A DNA stretch of 64,000 nucleotides from Candidatus Saccharibacteria bacterium UBA3304 (GTDB lineage Bacteria; Patescibacteriota; Saccharimonadia; Saccharimonadales; Saccharimonadaceae), in NCBI GenBank assembly GCA_002361425.1, contig DESW01000014.1, positions 376 to 64,375 on the forward strand. The letters are read 5' to 3'. The notes below the pieces were generated by a model that ran no database searches, was not told where the DNA came from, and was given only the letters and a program-made list of their open reading frames with translations. Below, piece by piece: positions 54,733 to 63,927 of the stretch. Numbering within the stretch: position 1 is the stretch's first letter; every line of letters begins with the position of its first letter. Position numbers and translations under genes: made by a program.

Positions 54733-55485
54733 TTGCCGCTGAATCGCCCACCCGTCGTGGCGATTATTGGTGCGCGACGCTGTACGAAATATGGCGAGGA
54801 TATTGCTTATCATGCGGCATATGAATTGGCTCAACATGGCGTCGTAATAGTTAGCGGCATGGCATATGGCATCGACGCTTGTGCGCATCGCGGCTGTCTA
54901 GATGCGGGCGGCACGACGATTGCGGTGCTTGGCACGGCAATCGATAATCTCTACCCGCGCAGTAATTTCGGACTCGCCCAACGTATATTGGAGAAAGGCG
55001 CGATAATCTCTGAATATGGGCCTGGAATCGAAACGCGTGCCTACTACTTTCAGATCCGCAATCGTATCGTATCCGGCTTGGCTGACGCGGTGCTAATTGT
55101 TGAGGCGGCCCTCAACTCTGGTACTTTTGGCACTTATGATTTCGCGCTCAAGCAGGGAAAAGATATCTTTGCGGTCCCGGCGGATATTACGCGGCCAATG
55201 TCGGCCGGAACGAACCAGATGCTGCGTGAAGCGGCTAATCCATATATTGACGTATCGGATATTCTGATTCGTTTTAGTATGAATAAACAAAAAGTTGAGC
55301 GCGACCTGTCGGGCTTAAATGAGATCGAACGGGAAGTTTATCGACTAATTGAAGACGGAATCGGAAACGCAGATGAGATTGTGCTGCGACTGAATCTAAC
55401 GGCAGTTGAATTTAATTGTGCCATTACGACGCTCGAGCTCGGCGGATATGTGGTGCGACTAGGCGAAGCTTGGGTTTCTCGATAA
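54733..55485 (+). CDS. dprA: DNA-processing protein DprA (Rossmann core + C-terminal winged helix); upstream 30 codons separated by an in-frame TGA
   Basis: VVAIIGARRCTKYGEDIA...VVIVSGMAYGIDACAH...RNRIVSGL. See the finding for the ATG 54622 / TGA 54712 problem. Confidence 0.8.
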   Translation: MPLNRPPVVAIIGARRCTKYGEDIAYHAAYELAQHGVVIVSGMAYGIDACAHRGCLDAGGTTIAVLGTAIDNLYPRSNFGLAQRILEKGAIISEYGPGIETRAYYFQIRNRIVSGLADAVLIVEAALNSGTFGTYDFALKQGKDIFAVPADITRPMSAGTNQMLREAANPYIDVSDILIRFSMNKQKVERDLSGLNEIEREVYRLIEDGIGNADEIVLRLNLTAVEFNCAITTLELGGYVVRLGEAWVSR

Positions 55486-55509
55486 TGCTTATGCTATAAT
55501 ATAAGTATT

Positions 55510-56421
55510 ATGGCAAACAAAGTAATGATTGTCGGCACTGGTAACGTCGGTATGAGCTATGGCTACGCACTCGTTCATCAGCGTACTGACGTAAACGAAT
55601 TAGTATTAGTAGACATTAATACCGAAGATGCCGAGGGCGAGGCAATCGATTTGCGTGACTGTCTTGCAGTCGCACCAAGCTATCTCAAGATTTCCGCTGG
55701 TAGCTATGCCGACGCGCATGACTGCGATATCGTCGTTATTACGGCAGGTATCCCGCAGAAACCAGGCGAATCTCGCATGGATCTTCTAAAGAAAAATGCA
55801 GCCATCTTCAAAGATATGGTTGGTCAAATTATGGCATCTGGCTTCGATGGTATTTTCCTCGTCGTCAGTAACCCAATGGATGTGCTTACTTATCTTACTT
55901 GGCGCTATTCTGGCTTACCTCCAGAAAGAGTTATCGGTTCCGGTACCGTACTTGATACTGCACGCTTGCGCTACCGCTTGTCTCAGCGCCTACATATTCA
56001 TCCGAAGAACATTCACGCTTATCAAGTTGGCGAGCACGGCGATACTGAGTTTGCTCTCTGGAGCTGCGCTACTGCCGGCGGCCAGCCAATCATGGATCTC
56101 GTCAATGGTGATGATCGTACTGAAATTGAAGACTATGCTCGTAAAGAAGCCTATACGATTATCGAGAAGAAGGGCGCAACTTATTACGGCATCGGCTCCT
56201 GCTTGGCGATGATTACTAACTGTATTCTCGGCGACGAGAACCGTATTCTCACGATTAGCAACTATGATGAGTTGAGCGACACTTATAATGGCTACCCAGC
56301 AGTGTTGGGCCGCAATGGCGTTGTTCGCCGTCTAGGTTTGCAGATTTCTGCCGATGAGCAGATTCGCCTTAATGGCAGTATTCGCGCACTTCGCGCCGCC
56401 ATCGATGAGGTGACAGAGTAG
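55510..56421 (+). CDS. ldh: L-lactate dehydrogenase
   Basis: VMIVGTGNVGMSYGYAL NAD fold, substrate/catalytic region GEHGDTE, 303 aa. Confidence 0.9.
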   Translation: MANKVMIVGTGNVGMSYGYALVHQRTDVNELVLVDINTEDAEGEAIDLRDCLAVAPSYLKISAGSYADAHDCDIVVITAGIPQKPGESRMDLLKKNAAIFKDMVGQIMASGFDGIFLVVSNPMDVLTYLTWRYSGLPPERVIGSGTVLDTARLRYRLSQRLHIHPKNIHAYQVGEHGDTEFALWSCATAGGQPIMDLVNGDDRTEIEDYARKEAYTIIEKKGATYYGIGSCLAMITNCILGDENRILTISNYDELSDTYNGYPAVLGRNGVVRRLGLQISADEQIRLNGSIRALRAAIDEVTE

Positions 56422-56426
56422 GTCTA

Positions 56427-56455
56427 TTGACTTTTTGCTAAATCTGTGCTATAGT
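56427..56455 (+). promoter_or_regulatory. near-consensus promoter (TTGACT-17-TGcTATAGT) 6 nt after the ldh stop
   Basis: -35 at 56427-56432. Extended -10 TGC+TATAGT at 56447-56455. Followed about 25 nt later by a terminator hairpin. Confidence 0.5.
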
Positions 56456-56461
56456 AGAAAT

Positions 56462-56511
56462 ATATACATTACTTACAAGGATAGCCGTTCGGTAGGGGAA
56501 CGGTTATTTTT
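56462..56511 (+). ncRNA. possible about 50-nt transcript (promoter to terminator) or simply the ldh 3' UTR/terminator
   Basis: Lies between the strong promoter-like site 56427-56455 and the hairpin 56481-56507 plus T-run. Confidence 0.25.
56481..56511 (+). terminator. intrinsic terminator upstream of the PIN/TRAM gene promoter
   Basis: atagccgttc-ggtaggg-gaacggttat followed by T5. Confidence 0.75.
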
Positions 56512-56552
56512 GTGGATTTGCTAAAACACTAAAAACATTATAAAATATAGAA

Positions 56553-57329
56553 ATGGAATTATTTATTATTATTTTACTTTCGGCAATTTTCGCCGAAACG
56601 AGTGCACTTACGGTCCGTGAATTTGCTCGTAAGTGCGCTCCAACGAAGAATGCACGTCGCAAACTCTTCGTCGATACATCAACTTTAATGGACGGCCGCA
56701 TCCTCTCAGTTGCAAAGGCTGGCTTTCTCGGTGATGAGGTTCTTATTCCTCGTTCTGTCATTCGCGAACTTCAGCTTTTGGCTGATGGCAGCGATAGCGA
56801 AAAGCGTGCCCGTGCTCGCTTTGGTCTCGATGTAGCTAATGAGCTTGAGCGCGTAGAATTAGCTAGTGTCGAGATCTTTCAGGATGAAGGTGAACGCGTC
56901 AAAGTTGACGAGCGCCTTCTCGCTCTTGCCAAGGAATATCATGGCGTAATTCTTACGAATGACTTTAATCTCGCAAAGGTTGCCGCTACTGAAAAAATCG
57001 ATGCGATCAACATTAATGAGCTCGCTCAGGGCCTGCGCAGTGAATATCTCCCGGGCGATAAGCTTAGTGTAAAGATTGTTTCCGCAGGCGCTAATCCACG
57101 CCAAGGCGTTGCGCATTTAGCGGACGGCACTATGGTTGTTGTTGATGATGCGGAACGTTATGCTGGTAAGAATCAGATGGTAGAGATTGAGTTTGTTCGC
57201 TATCTTCAGACCGCTGCCGGCAAGATGATGTTTGCTAAACTTGCCGAACCAAAACGCGCGAAGAAAGAACATAATACGCCAAAGAAAACTACCGGTCGCA
57301 ATCGCCGTAATAGCGTTAAGGGTAAATAA
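56553..57329 (+). CDS. PIN/TRAM domain membrane-anchored protein (YacL-like)
   Basis: N-terminal TM, PIN domain (FVDTSTLMDGRI...ILTNDFNLAKVA), TRAM-like beta domain, and a basic tail. Confidence 0.75.
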   Translation: MELFIIILLSAIFAETSALTVREFARKCAPTKNARRKLFVDTSTLMDGRILSVAKAGFLGDEVLIPRSVIRELQLLADGSDSEKRARARFGLDVANELERVELASVEIFQDEGERVKVDERLLALAKEYHGVILTNDFNLAKVAATEKIDAININELAQGLRSEYLPGDKLSVKIVSAGANPRQGVAHLADGTMVVVDDAERYAGKNQMVEIEFVRYLQTAAGKMMFAKLAEPKRAKKEHNTPKKTTGRNRRNSVKGK

Positions 57330-57359
57330 AAAATCCCCCGTCAATGCGGGGGATTTTTG
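57328..57359. terminator. bidirectional terminator (PIN/TRAM gene / PBP1A)
   Basis: A-run, atcccccg-tcaatg-cgggggat, T-run. Confidence 0.85.
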
Positions 57360-57366
57360 ATGAAGA

Positions 57367-60102
57367 CTATTTTTTGCTCCAGTTTGCCGTTACGGAGTAA
57401 CCGGCTGTATCGGTTACGCGTACCGAAGCACTGGTTGGCTCTTCGGAAGTATCATAAGTGACTGTGCCACTTGCGCTAATCTCGCCGCTCTTGGCAGCAG
57501 TACCGTTGACGCTAATAGTGTAACTCTGGAGGTAATAACGACCATATGAAATACTTGCCGTTACTGTCCAGGTCCCATTTCCGTTATTCTTTACGTCGAT
57601 GCTTGCATGCGGTTTTGCGTCGCTACAACTATGGACGTCATCTTCGTTTTCGGTATCATAACCGCCAGCGTAGTAAGTCTCTTTCTTAGTCATTGGATCG
57701 ATAATTTTCGAAACCGTGACATCGATACGAGTTTCAGCTGGGGTACAGTCGGTAGCTTTCTTCTTGGAAATACTATCGAAAGTCATCGTTTCGTTAGTGA
57801 TACCGGAAGATTTGGTCTTGTTGTACCAGCTTGGCCAGATATCGTTCTTGCCATTAACGCTCATGTGCTGCATGCCGCTAGGTTCGTTAATCTTCATGCC
57901 TGCATGCCACTTGCCGTCTGGGCCATAAACCTCGGTATGGACACGGTCGATGTAGTTTGCGCTAATCTTGAAACAGACATCGTGGTTGCCGTTACTGAGT
58001 GCGCGACCGTCATGGTTGCCGTTCCAAATTGCCGTAGCAAGAACTGGAGAATAAGAGAGTAGCCAGGAATCCTTTGCCTTGCTTGCGCCATTATCGGTAG
58101 TACCAGTCTTTGCTGCGTACCAAGTCTTATTAGAGGTCCAGCCGAAACCGGACTGCGATGCGAGGCTACCGAAAGTGAAGCGACGAGCGGGGACGTCGGA
58201 GAGGATACTGGTGACCATGTAGGCGACCTGTTCGTCGACTACGCGTGTGCCCGCAGAATCAGCCCAAGATTCAATTACGTCGCCGGTTGCGTTCTTAACT
58301 TCAAGGACATAAGCCAAATCTTTGTAAACGCCGCCACGTGCTAGGGAGGCATATGCGTTTGCGTGCTCAACTGGACGGACGCCACAACCACCACCGATAC
58401 CCATGGAGAGACCAGCGGTTTCGCCGTTTGCACAGTAAGAGACGTCGCCGAGCTTATGCGCGATATCAAGGCTATTCTCGATACCATTAATATATAGTGC
58501 CTTAACTGCAGGAATGTTTAGAGAGCCCGCAAGCGCTTGACGAATAGTAGTATCGCCATAGAAACGACCGGACGCGTTGCGCAATTTACAACGACCGACG
58601 TTACCGGAACAATAGAGTCTATCGATGTTTTCGTCGCGTAGAATCGTGCCAGGCGCATAGTTGATGCCGTCGCGCTGAATGAAGAGTGGCGCGTAATCAA
58701 GAATAGGCTTAATGGAGGAGGCTGGCTCAAGGAGAGAAGTTGCAGCGTTTACCTGACCATAGCCGGCCTTGTTCCAGTCGTAGCTGCCGACCATTGCGAT
58801 AACCTGGCTAGTCTCAACATCGACGGAAACCAAAGTTGCGTTATCGGATCTGTTCTTGTAGAAGATAGTCGAACCTTGATAAACTGCATCTTCGGCAATC
58901 TTCTGTGCGCGATAATCGAGCGTGGTTTTAATCGTGAAGCCGCCTTCGCGCATGGTCTTGATACCATACTTAGCTTCGAGCTGAGACTTAACTTCAAGTA
59001 CGAACCAAGGAGCTTTAATGCCAACATACTGGTCAGCTTCTGGCTTAATCTTTGCAATAATATCGACCGCCTTTGCTTCTTTCATCTGCTCCTCGGTAAT
59101 ATAGCCCATATCCTTCATTGCGTTAAGGACATAGTCTTTACGGTTAAGGAGATCTTTATGATAGGTCGTATTGTATGGATTGAAACGACCTGGGTTGTTT
59201 GGAATTGCTGCGAGTAATGCAGATTCAGCGAGATCCAAATCCTTGGCGCTCTTACCGAAGTAAGTCTGAGCTGCGGACTCTACGCCATTACGACGACCAC
59301 CATATGGTGACTCGTTGAGGTAAAGCGTAATAATCTGCTCCTTGTCGTACATCTTCTCGACTTCGATTGCGAGAATGGCTTCCTTAATCTTGCGTGGAAT
59401 ACCGCTGATGCCGCGGTCCTGTGCTTCTTCGGAGAAGTAGACCTGCTTAATGAGCTGCTGGGTCAGAGTAGAACCACCCTGGACCTGCTTGCCGGAAAGC
59501 GTACTGAATGCTGCGCGAACGAGAGCGCCGAAATCAATACCGATGTGGTTATAGAAGTTTCTATCCTCAGCTGCGACAGTTGCTTGGCGCATGTAGGTAG
59601 AGATGTCGCCGCCATCAACAACGAGACGATAGTCGCCGCTACCTTTATCTTCCCAAAGCACTTCGCCGTTACGGTCGAGATAGACGTTAACAGTATCCTG
59701 GACGCGGTTTGCAAGTTCTTCTGGATCAATCTCGGACAAATCTTTCTTGAAGTAAAGGAAGAGACCGCCAATTGCAATAATAACAATTAGGATGAAAGCA
59801 ACAAAAATCTTCAAAAGGCGAATCTGGTTTTCCTTCGAGAACCACCATTTAAAGAAGCGGTCCGGACGAAGTCTAGCCAAGAAACGCAAAAAAGGATTCT
59901 TAGGTAGCTTTGCTAGTTCCTCAGCTTTTTTACGTGCACGCTGATCTTGTTTTACGCGGCGCTTATAAGCGAGGTTTGAATACAAACTCATGCCATTCTT
60001 TTTGGAAGAATGCGACTTCTGGGCTTCTTTATCGGCCTTCTTCACACTCTTTTTCTTTTCAATGGCTTTCTTGATATTATTCGCAGTTTTCTTAATTGCC
60101 AT
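57367..60102 (-). CDS. class A penicillin-binding protein (PBP1A-type transglycosylase/transpeptidase) with C-terminal beta-rich extension
   Basis: GT51 motifs EDRNFYNHIGID and GGSTLTQQ. Transpeptidase SSIKP, a KTGTT box, and a serine-motif region I could not pinpoint. 911 aa. Confidence 0.9.
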   Translation of the reverse strand: MAIKKTANNIKKAIEKKKSVKKADKEAQKSHSSKKNGMSLYSNLAYKRRVKQDQRARKKAEELAKLPKNPFLRFLARLRPDRFFKWWFSKENQIRLLKIFVAFILIVIIAIGGLFLYFKKDLSEIDPEELANRVQDTVNVYLDRNGEVLWEDKGSGDYRLVVDGGDISTYMRQATVAAEDRNFYNHIGIDFGALVRAAFSTLSGKQVQGGSTLTQQLIKQVYFSEEAQDRGISGIPRKIKEAILAIEVEKMYDKEQIITLYLNESPYGGRRNGVESAAQTYFGKSAKDLDLAESALLAAIPNNPGRFNPYNTTYHKDLLNRKDYVLNAMKDMGYITEEQMKEAKAVDIIAKIKPEADQYVGIKAPWFVLEVKSQLEAKYGIKTMREGGFTIKTTLDYRAQKIAEDAVYQGSTIFYKNRSDNATLVSVDVETSQVIAMVGSYDWNKAGYGQVNAATSLLEPASSIKPILDYAPLFIQRDGINYAPGTILRDENIDRLYCSGNVGRCKLRNASGRFYGDTTIRQALAGSLNIPAVKALYINGIENSLDIAHKLGDVSYCANGETAGLSMGIGGGCGVRPVEHANAYASLARGGVYKDLAYVLEVKNATGDVIESWADSAGTRVVDEQVAYMVTSILSDVPARRFTFGSLASQSGFGWTSNKTWYAAKTGTTDNGASKAKDSWLLSYSPVLATAIWNGNHDGRALSNGNHDVCFKISANYIDRVHTEVYGPDGKWHAGMKINEPSGMQHMSVNGKNDIWPSWYNKTKSSGITNETMTFDSISKKKATDCTPAETRIDVTVSKIIDPMTKKETYYAGGYDTENEDDVHSCSDAKPHASIDVKNNGNGTWTVTASISYGRYYLQSYTISVNGTAAKSGEISASGTVTYDTSEEPTSASVRVTDTAGYSVTANWSKK

Positions 60103-60180
60103 AATTACATCTATTATACACTACCAAGCTTAATTCGTCAGAAAAATAACCATAAGCACTTCAATACATCGTGCAATAAA

Positions 60181-60305
60181 AGCCCTTCAAGTTAGGGCGC
60201 TATTCGGAGGCTCTACGGAGGCGACGGCCGAGTAGAAGCAGTGTCCGCCCGTAACGACGGGCCGGACGACTGATGTGCCTCTGAAAAGTGCCCTGACGAG
60301 AAGGG
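60181..60305 (+). repeat. GC-rich nested-hairpin element, copy C
   Basis: Outer helices agcccttc/gaagggt, agggcgct/agtgccct and ggaggc/gcctc. Core gACGGCCGAGtagaaGCAGTgtccgCCCGTAACGACGGGCcggacGActg is about 85% identical to copy B. Confidence 0.75.
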
Positions 60306-60329
60306 TATTTTATTGTATAATTATTAATT

Positions 60330-62714
60330 ATGAGCCATTATGATCCATTAAAAATAGAAGAGAAATGGCAAAAGCGCTGGGAAGAAGAGAAGCCTTTTGC
60401 CGCCAAAGACAACGATAATCGGCCAAAGATGTTCCTCGCCGAGATGTTTCCATACCCATCCGGTGCAGGTCTTCACGTTGGCCACGTCCGTAACTTCAGC
60501 ATCGTAGACTGTCTTGCTCGTTTCTATACGCAGCAGGAGATGAACGTTCTTCGTCCATTCGGTTACGATACCTTTGGCCTTCCAGCAGAGAACTACGCTA
60601 TTAAGACTGGTATCTCTCCACAGGAAGTCACAAAAACCAACATCGATAATTTCCGCAAGCAGGCAAAACGCCTTGGCTATGCTATTGACTGGGATCGCGA
60701 AATTAATACTTCCGATCCAGCATATTATAAATGGACTCAATGGTGCTTCCTTCAGCTCTTCAAGAAGGGGCTAGCTTATCAGGCTGAAAACTATCAATGG
60801 TGGTGCCCAGTCGACCAGACCGTGCTCGCAAATGAGCAGGTTGAGAATGGTTGCTGCTGGCGCTGTGGCCACGAGGTTGAAAAGAAAAAGATGAAGCAGT
60901 GGTTCTTTAAGATTACTGCCTACGCTGATGAATTGCTCGACGAAATCGATAATCTTGATTGGCCGGACAAAATCAAAACCATGCAGAAAAACTGGATTGG
61001 CCGTAGCGAAGGTGCTGAGGTTGACTTCGTAATTAAAGACCACAAAGAGACCGTCCGCGTCTTTACGACTCGCCCAGATACTCTCTTCGGCGCAACCTTC
61101 CTCGTACTCGCTCCAGAGCATCCACTTATTACTAAGATTACTAGCGAAGATGCTCGCAAAAAGATGACTCAGTATTGCAAAGATGCAATTAAAAAGTCTG
61201 AAATTGAACGTCAGGAAAACAAGGAAAAGACCGGCGTCTTTACCGGCGCTTATGCAATTAACCCAGTTAACGGCAAGGAAATTCCAATTTGGGTTGCCGA
61301 CTATGTTCTTAGCGGATATGGTACCGGCGCAATTATGGCAGTACCTGCCCATGATGAGCGCGACTATGAATTCGCCGAGAAATTCGACCTCCCAATCGTA
61401 AAGGTTATCGAAAAACCAGAAGATATCGATGATGATTCTAAGTGCTATCACGGCGAAGGTAAGATGATTAACTCTGCTCAGTTTGATGGTATCGATAGCT
61501 CTGACGCTCGCGACGGTATTATCGACTGGCTCGAAACTCAGAAGATTGGTCAGAAGAAAGTTACCTACCGCATGCGTGACTGGCTCATTTCTCGCCAGCG
61601 CTACTGGGGCTGCCCAATTCCTATTGCTTACGATAAGGATGGTAATCCTCATGCAATTCCAGAAGATCAGCTTCCAGTCTTGCTTCCGAAGATTGATGAC
61701 TATAAGCCGGACTCTTCCGGCCGCAGTGCGCTTGCTAAGTCCGAAGAGTTCATGAAGGTCACTATTGATGGCGAAGAAATGACTCGCGAGACCGATACGC
61801 TTGATGGTTACGCATGTTCTAGCTGGTACCTCTGGCGCTACACTGATCCTCATAACGATAAAGAAGCTTGGAGTAAAGAAAAGGTCAACTACTGGGCGCC
61901 AACCGACATTTACTGTGGTGGCGACCATGCAGTTGCTCACTTGCTCTACGTTCGCTTCTGGTGTAAGTTCTTCGCCGACGAAGGCTACCTCGATTTTCGC
62001 GAGCCAATTAAGAAGTTGCTTTACAACGGTTACATCAACGCGCCTGACGGCAAGAAGATGTCTAAGTCTAAGGGTAATGTTATTGATCCGCTTGATGTAA
62101 TTAATCAGGGTTACGGCGCAGATACGCTTCGTACTTACGAGCTCTTTATTGGCCCATATAATATGGATGCTGCATGGAGTACCGAGGCAATCGGCGGCGT
62201 TTACCGCTTCTTGAACCGCTGCTGGACTCTCGTATTCGAGAAAGAAAAACTCGCTGAGTCTGCAACTGTCGCGCTTCGCCATAAGACCATTAAGAAAGTT
62301 ACCGAAGATATCTGCCGCAACAACTTCAATACCGCTGTTGCTGCAATGATGGAATTCGTAAATGAGCTTTACAAGTCTGGCGCAGCTGCTGACGACTTAA
62401 TCGCACTCGCAAAGATCCTTAAGCCATTCGCTCCACATCTCGCATCTGAGATGCTCGAAGAGCTTGGCGCTGACGATATCTGGCCGAAGTGGGATAATGG
62501 TCTCCTCGTCGATGAAAGCGTTGAGATGATTGTTCAGGTTAACGGCAAGCTTCGCGCGAAGATTCAGATCCCAGCCGAAGATGCTGCTGACAAGGCTAAA
62601 CTTGAAGAATACGCACTCGCCGACGAGAAGATTAAGAGTCTCACGGACGGCAAAGAAATCATCAAGACTATCGTCGTTCCGCAGGGCAAGCTTGTAAACA
62701 TTGTTGTAAAATAA
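60330..62714 (+). CDS. leuS: leucine-tRNA ligase
   Basis: HVGH (HIGH) motif, CP1 editing region, KMSKS, 794 aa. Confidence 0.92.
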   Translation: MSHYDPLKIEEKWQKRWEEEKPFAAKDNDNRPKMFLAEMFPYPSGAGLHVGHVRNFSIVDCLARFYTQQEMNVLRPFGYDTFGLPAENYAIKTGISPQEVTKTNIDNFRKQAKRLGYAIDWDREINTSDPAYYKWTQWCFLQLFKKGLAYQAENYQWWCPVDQTVLANEQVENGCCWRCGHEVEKKKMKQWFFKITAYADELLDEIDNLDWPDKIKTMQKNWIGRSEGAEVDFVIKDHKETVRVFTTRPDTLFGATFLVLAPEHPLITKITSEDARKKMTQYCKDAIKKSEIERQENKEKTGVFTGAYAINPVNGKEIPIWVADYVLSGYGTGAIMAVPAHDERDYEFAEKFDLPIVKVIEKPEDIDDDSKCYHGEGKMINSAQFDGIDSSDARDGIIDWLETQKIGQKKVTYRMRDWLISRQRYWGCPIPIAYDKDGNPHAIPEDQLPVLLPKIDDYKPDSSGRSALAKSEEFMKVTIDGEEMTRETDTLDGYACSSWYLWRYTDPHNDKEAWSKEKVNYWAPTDIYCGGDHAVAHLLYVRFWCKFFADEGYLDFREPIKKLLYNGYINAPDGKKMSKSKGNVIDPLDVINQGYGADTLRTYELFIGPYNMDAAWSTEAIGGVYRFLNRCWTLVFEKEKLAESATVALRHKTIKKVTEDICRNNFNTAVAAMMEFVNELYKSGAAADDLIALAKILKPFAPHLASEMLEELGADDIWPKWDNGLLVDESVEMIVQVNGKLRAKIQIPAEDAADKAKLEEYALADEKIKSLTDGKEIIKTIVVPQGKLVNIVVK

Positions 62715-62727
62715 ACAACAATACATC

Positions 62728-62761
62728 AAAAAATCTCCAGTCGAAAAACTGGAGATTTTTT
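62728..62761. terminator. bidirectional terminator (leuS / srtB)
   Basis: A-run, aaatctccag-tcgaaaaa-ctggagattt, T-run. Overlaps the srtB stop codon. Confidence 0.85.
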
Positions 62762-63602
62762 ATTTAGCGGAAATAGTATCGCGTGGTGCGCGCTTGATTA
62801 GCTTTGCATGCAATACAACGCGCTCGGTGCTGCTATAGCAAGTTGATAGAGTAAGAATCTTGTCGGTCGGCGCTACAGTAGTATTGAACTGGTGTTTACT
62901 GCGTTGGCGCAAAATCTCTGCGAAGCGACCGAATTCTTCATCGTCGCTAAACGAAGTCTGAATATAGTCATTAGTGGTTGGAATCTTGTAGACGCTAAAT
63001 ACCTGCCAGAGCGCGCTTTCAGTATCGTTAACGGTGCGCACTGTGAAGTTGTCGGAGTTATTAAGCCAGCCGCTCGTGAGAATATTACGTAGCGTGCCAA
63101 ACATTGTTGCATCGTAGCGGCCGTGTGCATAAAGAATCAAGTTACGGTCTGTGCCGTCGACGTGATTGCGGAAATCAGCAAACACCCAACCGGCCTTACT
63201 GTAGCTTTTATCAAAAGAGTGGTTGAGGTAGAAATCATTATTACTCGTACGAACGAATGGGTAATTAATATTAGTGCCGCTCACCTGAACCCAGCCGCCA
63301 GTCTCATTATTAATGCTTCTGAGGTCGGCAAAATTAACGTCAATTAATTTCATCTTGATGTAATTCCAGTATGGAGTGTTCGGCGGATCGTTACTTTTGA
63401 CAGTCTCGGTTTGAGGAGTATCTTGGACCTCTTCGACTTTTGCCGTCTCTTCAATTTTCTCCGTTTGTTCAACGGTTTTATTAGAATCGAGCTTCCATTC
63501 GATAATCTTGTAACCAGAATAGCCGATGCCGGTAACGCACAATAAAGCAATAACGCAACTTATGCCTGTGCGAATACGACTCCTGCCTCTGTGAATTTTC
63601 AT
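62760..63602 (-). CDS. srtB: class B sortase
   Basis: N-terminal TM, NINYPFVRTSNNDFYLNHSFD, ILYAHGR, and the catalytic TLSTC motif. Confidence 0.8.
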   Translation of the reverse strand: MKIHRGRSRIRTGISCVIALLCVTGIGYSGYKIIEWKLDSNKTVEQTEKIEETAKVEEVQDTPQTETVKSNDPPNTPYWNYIKMKLIDVNFADLRSINNETGGWVQVSGTNINYPFVRTSNNDFYLNHSFDKSYSKAGWVFADFRNHVDGTDRNLILYAHGRYDATMFGTLRNILTSGWLNNSDNFTVRTVNDTESALWQVFSVYKIPTTNDYIQTSFSDDEEFGRFAEILRQRSKHQFNTTVAPTDKILTLSTCYSSTERVVLHAKLIKRAPRDTISAK

Positions 63603-63717
63603 AATAATGATTATAACATAAACGCAATGGTGGCACGTTTTAACATCTTGTAAAATACCGAAAAATATAGTAATATATAGAACAAGTATTTATTATTAAC
63701 CAAAGGAGCATTTTTAC

Positions 63718-63912
63718 ATGCCTGAACCAAAAAAGCAGAGCAGCCCTCGTAAGACCGGCCTTCGCCGCAGTCATTTGCGCTTGAAGCTCGCTCGTAGTGT
63801 TAACAAGCATTCGCCAGTTAAGGCGTTTGAAACCGCAAAAAAGACCCCAAATCTTAAGATTAAAGCGGTTAAAAAAGCAGCTGAAAAGAAAACTGACAAA
63901 AAAGACAAATAA
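63718..63912 (+). CDS. rpmF: 50S ribosomal protein L32 (Cys-less form) with Lys-rich tail
   Basis: MPEPKKQSSPRKTGLRRSHLRLK matches the bL32 N-terminal signature (PKkk.S..r...RRsH). AAGGAG SD. Confidence 0.7.
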   Translation: MPEPKKQSSPRKTGLRRSHLRLKLARSVNKHSPVKAFETAKKTPNLKIKAVKKAAEKKTDKKDK

Positions 63913-63927
63913 ATAGGGAGGCAAAAC

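Noticed and set aside
60181-60305. The nested-hairpin elements as integron attC sites, CRISPR repeats, T-box leaders or mini-ykkC (guanidine-II) hairpins.
   Set aside because: The terminal motifs are GT(T/C)AGGG...CCCT(A/G)AC, which is the wrong polarity for the attC R''/R' boxes, and there is no integrase. Copies are tens of kb apart with no repeat-spacer array. They lie upstream of the promoters rather than in leaders, and they lack T-box and specifier features. The loop is AACG closed by Y:R, not the ACGR tetraloop on a G-C stem found in tandem in guanidine-II.
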